A DNA stretch of 64,000 nucleotides from an uncultured Ignavibacteria bacterium. Its GTDB lineage: Bacteria > Bacteroidota > Ignavibacteria > Ignavibacteriales > Ignavibacteriaceae. The position numbers and the translations under genes were made by a program. The notes under the pieces are model-generated. The model saw nothing but the letters and a program-made list of their open reading frames with translations, ran no database searches and was not told the origin of the DNA. The DNA lies in NCBI GenBank assembly GCA_963711455.1, contig CAVQEH010000002.1, forward strand, positions 522,756 through 586,755. The letters run 5' to 3'. This document shows positions 57,253-64,000 of this stretch, piece after piece. Numbering within the stretch: the stretch's first letter is position 1; every line of letters begins with the position of its first letter.

Positions 57253-58641
57253 TCACTTCCTGTATTGCTGAGGATCAAGATTATATTTTTTAAGTATGCG
57301 GTGAATATGTCTGCGGGTCATTCCTGCTTCTTCCGAAATTCGGGTAATATTTCCCTTATGCTTATTTAACAAAAAAAGAAAATACTTTTTTTCAACTTCC
57401 TCTACTGCTTTATTCCTTACCTGCGAAAGTGATGTCGTTTTAAAATGAGTTGAGGTCTGTCGTGAAGAAATGAATTGGGAAGGGAGTTCGTTAAGAGTTA
57501 TTTTTTCACCTTTGGAGAGTGCAACTGCACGTTCGACTATATTTTCCATTTCTCTTACATTCCCGGGCCAGTCGTATGCTTCAAATAATTCGATCACAGA
57601 ATCATCAAATCCTTTTATATTCTTTGGAGATGACTTAACCGTCTTAATAAGAAAGTGTTCTGCAAGAAGCCGGATATCTCCTTCACGCTCTCTTAATGGC
57701 GGAACCTGGATGTTAATGACGTTCAGCCTGTAATAGAAATCCTTACGCATTATTTCTCTTTCAAGCGCTTTATTAATATCCTGGTTTGTTGCAGATATTA
57801 ACCTTATATCAGCCTGTAGTAATTCGTTTCCGCCAAGTCGCCTCAACTGCTGGTCCTGCAAGCTTCTTAATAATTTTATCTGGAGATTAACAGGAAGTTC
57901 ACAAACCTCATCAAGAAAAAATGAGCCTCCGTTTGCATATTCAAGCAGTCCTATTTTTCTGTGAGTTGCTCCCGTAAAAGCACCTTTTTCATAACCGAAT
58001 AATTCTGCCTCAAAAAGATTCTCGGGGAAGGCTCCACAATTTACAGGAACAAAAGGCTTAAGCTTTCTTCTGCTGTGAGCATGAATACTGCGTGCTATCA
58101 ATTCTTTTCCTGTACCGCTTTCTCCTGTAATAAGAACATTAGCTTCAGAATCGGCAACGCTTTCAATCATTTCAAAAACTTTTCTTATAGGTTCGCTTTT
58201 ACCAATAATGTTATCAAACCTGTACCTGTCTTCAAGCTGCTTAAGTAAGTTGATTCTTTCTTTATAAAGGTTCCTTTGACGCAAACCTTTTTCTACTAGT
58301 ATTTTCAGGTTCTCGGTTTCAAATGGTTTTTCAATAAAATCAAAAGCTCCCGCTTTCATCGCTGCAACAGCTCTGTCTATTGTGCCGTAAGCTGAAAACA
58401 TAATTACCGGTGTGTTCGGTGCCAGTTTTTGTATTGCATCTAAAACCTGCATTCCATCGAAGTCTGGCATAAGCAGATCACAAAATACTAAATCAAATTC
58501 TTCATCCTGCATCAGACTAATTGCCTGTTTTCCATCAGGAACAGGATAAGGGCTATTACCCAATGCTGAAAGTATTTTCGCACAGCCTTTAAGCATATCA
58601 GGTTCATCATCTATAATCAGGATTTTGTGGTTTGCATTCAT
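57253..58641 (-). CDS. Sigma-54-dependent response regulator (NtrC family: receiver + AAA+ + Fis-type HTH)
   Basis: Receiver domain (ILIIDDEPD, FCDLLMPDFDG). Walker A GESGTGKE. GAFTGA loop. C-terminal HTH GNITRISEEAGMTRRHIHRILKKY. Confidence 0.92.
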   Translation of the reverse strand: MNANHKILIIDDEPDMLKGCAKILSALGNSPYPVPDGKQAISLMQDEEFDLVFCDLLMPDFDGMQVLDAIQKLAPNTPVIMFSAYGTIDRAVAAMKAGAFDFIEKPFETENLKILVEKGLRQRNLYKERINLLKQLEDRYRFDNIIGKSEPIRKVFEMIESVADSEANVLITGESGTGKELIARSIHAHSRRKLKPFVPVNCGAFPENLFEAELFGYEKGAFTGATHRKIGLLEYANGGSFFLDEVCELPVNLQIKLLRSLQDQQLRRLGGNELLQADIRLISATNQDINKALEREIMRKDFYYRLNVINIQVPPLREREGDIRLLAEHFLIKTVKSSPKNIKGFDDSVIELFEAYDWPGNVREMENIVERAVALSKGEKITLNELPSQFISSRQTSTHFKTTSLSQVRNKAVEEVEKKYFLFLLNKHKGNITRISEEAGMTRRHIHRILKKYNLDPQQYRK

Positions 58642-60401
58642 ATTTTAATTCCTTCGCTGCTGTAAGGCAGAGTAATTATAAACCGTGTAAATTTTCCTTC
58701 TTCGCTTTCAACATCAAGTTTACCTCGGTATCTCTGCACTATTGTTCTGGAAATTGATAAGCCCAATCCGGTTCCCTGCGCATCAAGCTTTGTAGAGAAG
58801 AAAGGATTAAAAATTTTGGATAGATTTTCCTTTTTTATTCCCATCCCATCGTCTTCAATTGAAATAAAGATACCATTAATTTTCTTTGATCCGAACGGAT
58901 TTCGATCAATATCATTTTTCCCGGTTTTTATTTTTATTTCTCCGCCATTTGATAATGCATCTATTGCATTGTTAAGTATATTTATAATTACTTGTTCCAT
59001 CTGCCTTTTATCTGCAAGAATCAATGGAAGTGAAGGAGCGTAAAATTTGGTCAAATGTATTTTATTTGCTTTTATACGATGTCCTATAAGATAAACACAT
59101 TCATCTATCAAATCTTCAATGCGAATAGCTTCAGGTTTGAAAGGCATTAAACGGGAATAAGTGAGAAGCGTTCTTGTATAATCGGCTATCCTTCGTGTCT
59201 GGTTCCTTATAATATTCAACTCTTCCCTGATACTATTATATTTCTCGTCTTCAAGCAGAAGCGCATCAGTGTGAGCGGCAATAATTCCTGCAGGCGTATT
59301 CAATTCGTGTGCTACGCTATCAACCAGTTCTCCTATTGAAGCAAGCTTTGAAGCCTGGTTTAACTGTTCCCTGTATTGATGTATTTCTTCGAGATTCCTG
59401 TTAACCTCTTCTGCTCTTATTCTTTTAAGATTAATAAAATATATTAATACGCCAAGAGTAAAAATCACTGCGAGAATAATTAATCCTAAAATAAAAAACA
59501 GTTGAAACCGGCTTCTTAACCCTGTCGTTACTTTAGGAAGCAATGTACTAATTGCAATAATCCATTTTTGGTTTTGAAGCTTCACAGGCACATAAGCCAT
59601 TATTTTATGAGGCTCATTTCCACGCACATAATATTCATCAACAGAAGAATGATTTGATGTAATCATCCTGTTTTGAGTATCGAAATTTACATGGCAGTTG
59701 TTGCATTCATTAGTTGTTCTAAGGATTGATTTAAAAAGCATTTCCTGATGTCTCGGGTGATAAATAAGTCTTCCTTCGCCATCGAGCACCCAGGCGAAAT
59801 CATCACTGCTTAATTTTAATGGCTTAATAAAACGTTTAATGAGAATATCAAAATCAACAAGATAACCAACGAAATAATTATTTTTACTTTTGTCTTTCTC
59901 ATTGAGTCTGATTATCATCAGGAAAGATTCAGGACTGTTCTTAACATTACTATAATCCGGCATTACATCAGAAAAAACATATTCCGAATCGGTTCTGTTT
60001 ATTGATGAAGTTAACCCGGGAATTTTTTTCAGCGACCAGTTTGGAAGGATGTTGCCTATGCTATAAATAACCAGTCCGGAAGAATCAGCCAAAAATATCG
60101 AACGTATAATAGTGCTGTCGTAGTTCTCTTTAAAGAATCTGAAATAAGCATAATTATTTTTTGCAGGGGTAGCAAGTACATCGGGATTATGAGTTAACAA
60201 TTTCATATCTCTAACGAGATGCTCTATAAAGAAATTGATTCCCTGTGCAACAGATTTAGCCATTTCAAGCTGCTGAAGCTGGTGATCATGTTTTGCATCT
60301 TCCAATGTACTGTTATAAATTCTGTTTACCAGAAAAAGGAATATAAAGACGAGCACAATTGTACCGATTGTGACAAAGTATTTTCTTGATTTTCTTTTCA
60401 T
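58638..60401 (-). CDS. Sensor histidine kinase with a periplasmic Cache/PAS-like domain carrying a CxxCH haem-c motif
   Basis: TM1 is about aa 8-29 and TM2 about aa 300-325, enclosing a roughly 270-aa periplasmic domain with C233-NN-C236-H237. Canonical H-box SVAHELNTPAG. HATPase boxes NNAIDA, DDGMGI and GTGLGLSI. There is a 4-nt overlap with the NtrC-type gene. Confidence 0.88.
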   Translation of the reverse strand: MKRKSRKYFVTIGTIVLVFIFLFLVNRIYNSTLEDAKHDHQLQQLEMAKSVAQGINFFIEHLVRDMKLLTHNPDVLATPAKNNYAYFRFFKENYDSTIIRSIFLADSSGLVIYSIGNILPNWSLKKIPGLTSSINRTDSEYVFSDVMPDYSNVKNSPESFLMIIRLNEKDKSKNNYFVGYLVDFDILIKRFIKPLKLSSDDFAWVLDGEGRLIYHPRHQEMLFKSILRTTNECNNCHVNFDTQNRMITSNHSSVDEYYVRGNEPHKIMAYVPVKLQNQKWIIAISTLLPKVTTGLRSRFQLFFILGLIILAVIFTLGVLIYFINLKRIRAEEVNRNLEEIHQYREQLNQASKLASIGELVDSVAHELNTPAGIIAAHTDALLLEDEKYNSIREELNIIRNQTRRIADYTRTLLTYSRLMPFKPEAIRIEDLIDECVYLIGHRIKANKIHLTKFYAPSLPLILADKRQMEQVIINILNNAIDALSNGGEIKIKTGKNDIDRNPFGSKKINGIFISIEDDGMGIKKENLSKIFNPFFSTKLDAQGTGLGLSISRTIVQRYRGKLDVESEEGKFTRFIITLPYSSEGIKI

Positions 60402-60553
60402 TTCTGATTTTATTCACCCCTTAATCAACCATAATAATAGCCGCAGATGAATATACTTAAGAAGAAAGAGTTAAAAAAGGATCATTTTAAGTTTATTTCT
60501 GTAGGGTAATTTTTCTTTGCCGCCTTAAAATAAATGTGAGTGTAGTATTAAAG

Positions 60554-60566
60554 GTCACAGTGTGAC
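60554..60566. promoter_or_regulatory. Perfect 13-bp palindrome GTCACAgTGTGAC (candidate operator) in the divergent intergenic region
   Basis: Located at 60554-60566, with a third GTCACA half-site at 60574-60579. It lies between the kinase operon (minus strand) and the MacAB-like operon (plus strand). Confidence 0.3.
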
Positions 60567-60769
60567 ATAATTAGTCACAACAAAATTAATTGGAATATTT
60601 TTGAATATTAATTCTGATGCACATATATCAAAACCACTAATAATAATTTAAGGTTATTCAATATAATTTTGAAATCACTCACCAGAAATTAACCAAAAGT
60701 TAAAGAGAAATGTCTTTGCTTTATGGATTCAGTTAGTTAATTTTAAAGCTTAAAATTCCCGGGACAGAG

Positions 60770-61957
60770 ATGGAAACAAGTAAAGCCGATTTATCTTCGC
60801 TTAGGATAGATAGGTCTAATAATCATAATCCGAATTCATCGCGAAAAACTGTAATTATTATAGTTGTAATTATTGCTGCGGCGATTTTATTATTTCTTGG
60901 ATATACAATAGGTGGCTCATTATTTAATCCGGCAGAAGAAGTAAAACTTGTCACCGTCACACTTCAATCACCTTCACAGGCAAGTGCAGACCTAGCTGCA
61001 AGCGGCTATGTGGTTGCACAAAGAAAAGCAGCCGTTGCTTCGAAAGGAACAGGACGGTTGGAATACCTTGGAGTTGTTGAGGGAGATAAAGTTAAAAAAG
61101 ATCAGGTCCTTGGGAGATTAGAAGATAATGATATCAGGGCTCAGCTTGAAGAAGCAAACGCTAATCTGAAATTAGCTGAGGCAGATTTAAAAGATTCGGA
61201 AAATAATTACAACAGGCAGAAAGAATTATTAAAATCCGGAGCTACAACCCAAATGGATGTAGATGCTGCCGAAGCGCAATACAAAAGAGTGCTTGCTTCA
61301 ATTGATGTGGCAAAAGCAAATGTAAACTCTGCTCAAGTAGCTTTGGAAAATACTCTTATCCGTGCACCATTTGACGGAACAGTTTTAACTAAAAATGCTG
61401 AAGTAGGTGAAATTGTTGCACCGCTTGGTGCAAGTACGACTTCACGTGGTGCAATCGTCACTATGGCTGATATGAAATCACTTCAGGTGGAAGCAGATGT
61501 TTCGGAATCTTATATTGAACGAATTAAAACGGGACAGAGCTGCGAGATAATTCTTGATGCGTATCCACAAACTTCTTATGAAGGTTTTGTGGATAAAATT
61601 GTTCCGACTGCCGACAGGTCAAAAGCTACAGTACTTGTTAAAGTTGGTTTTAAAAAATATGATAGTAAAGTTCTTCCTGAAATGAGCGCTAAAGTTCTTT
61701 TTCTTTCAGAGCAGTTAACGGCTGAACAGAAAAATGAACCGTCCGTGCTTGTCGTACCTTTTACTTCTGTAGCTAAACGTGATGGACGCGATGTAGCATT
61801 TATGGTTAAAGATGATAAAGCTGTTGAAGTACCTGTTGTGAAAGGGAGAGACCTGGATTCCTTTATTGAAATTAAATCTGGACTTGCTGAAGGCGACAGA
61901 GTTATTGAGAAAGTGAACGATGAAATTAAAGATGGCGTAAAGATAAAAGTTCAGTAG
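60770..61957 (+). CDS. Efflux periplasmic adaptor (HlyD/MacA-like)
   Basis: N-terminal TM anchor. Coiled-coil hairpin (RAQLEEANANLKLAEADLKDSENNYNRQKELL). IRAPFDGTVLTKNAEVGEIV barrel motif. Confidence 0.85.
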   Translation: METSKADLSSLRIDRSNNHNPNSSRKTVIIIVVIIAAAILLFLGYTIGGSLFNPAEEVKLVTVTLQSPSQASADLAASGYVVAQRKAAVASKGTGRLEYLGVVEGDKVKKDQVLGRLEDNDIRAQLEEANANLKLAEADLKDSENNYNRQKELLKSGATTQMDVDAAEAQYKRVLASIDVAKANVNSAQVALENTLIRAPFDGTVLTKNAEVGEIVAPLGASTTSRGAIVTMADMKSLQVEADVSESYIERIKTGQSCEIILDAYPQTSYEGFVDKIVPTADRSKATVLVKVGFKKYDSKVLPEMSAKVLFLSEQLTAEQKNEPSVLVVPFTSVAKRDGRDVAFMVKDDKAVEVPVVKGRDLDSFIEIKSGLAEGDRVIEKVNDEIKDGVKIKVQ

Positions 61958-62017
61958 TGTGTCATCATTCCTTTTAAAAAGAATAATAGATAAATCCCAA
62001 ATTTTACCGGAGTTAAA

Positions 62018-62701
62018 ATGGCAGACATTATAAATGTTTTAAATGTTAACAAATCATACTGGAGGGACAGCCTGGAAATTCCTGTTCTCCATAATATTAC
62101 TTTGAATATTAAGGAAGGTGAATTTATTGCTTTGATGGGACCTTCCGGGTCGGGCAAAACTACTTTGCTTAATTTGTTGTCCGGGATTGACAGGCCTACT
62201 TCAGGCAGCATAACTGTTGCCGGTACTGATATTGCAAAGCTAAGTGAATCATCGCTTGCAAAGTGGCGTTCTGCAAACATTGGGTTTGTATTTCAGTTCT
62301 ATAATTTAATTCCGGTACTTACTGCTTATGAAAATGTCGAACTCCCGTTGTTGCTCACTAATTTGTCTAAGGCTGAAAGAAAAAAACATGTTCAGACTTC
62401 TTTAGAAATAGTTGGACTTGGAGACAGGATATATCACTATCCAAAACAATTATCCGGCGGACAGGAACAGAGAGTTGCAATTGCCCGGGCTATTGTTACC
62501 GATCCGGCGATACTAGTAGCCGATGAGCCGACCGGTGACCTTGACAGAAATTCTGCAGATGATATTTTAACTTTGATGGAAAGACTTAACAAGGAGTTTA
62601 ATAAAACTATTGTTATGGTTACTCACGATCCTCACGCAGCTTCCAAAGCTCACCTTATCCGCAATCTTGAAAAAGGCGATTTAATACCGGAGCTTGTATG
62701 A
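62018..62701 (+). CDS. ABC transporter ATP-binding protein (MacB/LolD-type)
   Basis: Walker [11 protein letters not shown]-loop, signature [14 protein letters not shown], Walker [13 protein letters not shown] and H-loop VTHD. Confidence 0.93.
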   Translation: MADIINVLNVNKSYWRDSLEIPVLHNITLNIKEGEFIALMGPSGSGKTTLLNLLSGIDRPTSGSITVAGTDIAKLSESSLAKWRSANIGFVFQFYNLIPVLTAYENVELPLLLTNLSKAERKKHVQTSLEIVGLGDRIYHYPKQLSGGQEQRVAIARAIVTDPAILVADEPTGDLDRNSADDILTLMERLNKEFNKTIVMVTHDPHAASKAHLIRNLEKGDLIPELV

Positions 62702-63858
62702 AAGTATTTAAACTTATTTTCAAAAACGCTCTTCGACACAAATTAAGATCATCTCTTACGATTCTCGGAATCGCTGTTGCAGTAATTGCTTTTGGTCTCC
62801 TTCGTACTGTTGTAACAGCATGGTATGTCGGAGTCGAAGCTTCTTCAGCCGACAGGCTTATAACAAGGCAGGCTGTTTCATTTATATTTCCGTTACCTTA
62901 TGCATACAGAGATAAAATAGCGGCAGTGCCCGGTGTTGATGAGGTTACTTTCGCAAACTGGTTCCAGGGAGTTTATATTGATAAAAATCAGTTCTTTGCA
63001 AGATTAGCTGTTGATGCAAATACTTTTTTAGATGTTTATCCGGAATTTGTTTTATCTCCTATGGAAATAACAAACTTCAAAAAAGAAAAAAACTCATGTG
63101 TAATCGGTGAAAAAATTGCAGAACAATATCACTTAAAGATAGGCGATATGATGGCGATTGAAGGAGATATTTATCCCGGCAGATGGGAATTTGTAATTCG
63201 CGGAATTTATAAACCCAAATATAAAACCACAGATGCAACACAGATGATGTTTCACTGGGATTATGTCGATGACAGGATGAGAGTTGAAATGCCCGGACGT
63301 GAGGGTGATGTTGGCTGGTATGTTATTAAAATTAATGATCCTTCCAGGTCCGCCGAAATATCTGAAAAGATTGATGCATTATTTAAAAATTCTCCTGCTG
63401 AAACTAAGACGGAAACCGAAAGAGCATTCCAGCAGGGTTTCCTGGCATCAACCAGCGCAATAATTACTTCAATGAATTTTCTTTCGTTTGTGATAATAGG
63501 AATTATCATGCTGGTTCTTGCGAACACAATGATAATGGCTGCAAGAGAAAGAACAAGGGAATATGCTGTGTTAAAAACTCTCGGATTTTCCGCTAAACAT
63601 CTGGTTGGTTTAATTATGGGTGAATCTCTTTTTATGGCTTTGCTTGGCGGAGGAATCGGACTGTTAATTACATTCCCTATGGTAAATAGTTTTGCTGCAG
63701 TTATTCCCAAAGGATTTTTCCCGGTATTTGAAGTTGAACCGATAACAATAATTCTTGCAATAAGTGCTGCAGTTATTATCGGGATTGTTTCTGCAATATT
63801 CCCTATACAAAGAGCATTAAGCACACGCATTGTTGATGGATTCAGGTTCGTGGGATAG
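62698..63858 (+). CDS. ABC transporter permease, FtsX/MacB-like
   Basis: N-terminal TM helix, a periplasmic MacB_PCD-like domain and C-terminal FtsX-type helices (REYAVLKTLGFSAKHL). There is a 4-nt overlap with the ATPase gene. Confidence 0.88.
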   Translation: MKVFKLIFKNALRHKLRSSLTILGIAVAVIAFGLLRTVVTAWYVGVEASSADRLITRQAVSFIFPLPYAYRDKIAAVPGVDEVTFANWFQGVYIDKNQFFARLAVDANTFLDVYPEFVLSPMEITNFKKEKNSCVIGEKIAEQYHLKIGDMMAIEGDIYPGRWEFVIRGIYKPKYKTTDATQMMFHWDYVDDRMRVEMPGREGDVGWYVIKINDPSRSAEISEKIDALFKNSPAETKTETERAFQQGFLASTSAIITSMNFLSFVIIGIIMLVLANTMIMAARERTREYAVLKTLGFSAKHLVGLIMGESLFMALLGGGIGLLITFPMVNSFAAVIPKGFFPVFEVEPITIILAISAAVIIGIVSAIFPIQRALSTRIVDGFRFVG

Positions 63859-63885
63859 ATAATTTAATTCTTTAAGGATTTTGAA

Positions 63886-64000
63886 ATGAAAATTCCATTT
63901 AAATACACTCTTAGAAACTTTAAAACAAGAAGACTTACTACAGCCATAACAATCGCCGGTATTGCACTTGTTGTATTTGTTTTTGCTGCTGTTCTTATGA
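63886..64000 (+). CDS. Second FtsX/MacB-like ABC permease; N-terminal fragment that runs off the window
   Basis: MKIPFKYTLRNFKTRRLTTAITIAGIALVVFVFAAVLM matches the typical N-terminus and first TM of FtsX-family permeases. Confidence 0.7.
   Translation, partial: MKIPFKYTLRNFKTRRLTTAITIAGIALVVFVFAAVLM

Noticed and set aside
63261-63830. 189-aa ORF antisense to the FtsX-like permease gene
   Set aside because: It lies entirely inside a well-supported plus-strand CDS with clear family motifs. Its translation is low-complexity and Ile/Ala/Ser-rich with no motif. It is a typical shadow ORF. The same reasoning applies to 61951-62280, 55367-55765, 47415-47690, 45180-45569, 7996-8295, 14180-14362 and the other short overlapping ORFs in the track.

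Overview
AT-rich bacterial chromosomal segment with about 55 protein-coding genes. I found no rRNA, tRNA, CRISPR array, transposase or integrase by eye. All family calls come from reading motifs in the supplied translations; no searches were run. Several features suggest an Ignavibacteria-like member of the FCB superphylum (inference only): three proteins end in T9SS type-A C-terminal domains (...GVYFYRL...KKMxLLK), there is a SusC-like TonB-dependent barrel, and the cytochrome b is b6-type. Content from left to right: (1) a minus-strand block with a cNMP/GAF sensor kinase, miaA, a GT2 and an FAD oxidase; (2) an ECF sigma / RsrA-like anti-sigma / OsmC / rhodanese group; (3) small accessory genes (NRDE, DUF427, a bipolar charged mini-protein); (4) a four-gene outer-membrane cluster at 14.2-23.3 kb (SusC-like barrel without SusD, 1209-aa giant, PorV/PorQ-like barrel, CBM-like T9SS cargo); (5) PPK2 plus two tandem dihaem cytochromes c; (6) an amidase; (7) a 620-nt structured non-coding region upstream of a TetR/TolC/MFP/RND efflux operon; (8) a Met-gamma-lyase-family enzyme; (9) a gingipain-like C25 peptidase; (10) housekeeping eno and glnA; (11) a frameshifted GH5; (12) a seven-gene minus-strand redox locus at 52.0-60.4 kb (haem-c sensor kinase, NtrC-type regulator, lone receiver, Rieske, cytochrome b, 11-haem cytochrome c, DUF2339-like membrane protein); (13) a MacAB-like ABC efflux operon running off the right edge. 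The best candidates for undescribed biology are the 14.2-23.3 kb outer-membrane cluster and the 52.0-60.4 kb redox-sensing Rieske/cyt b/multihaem locus.
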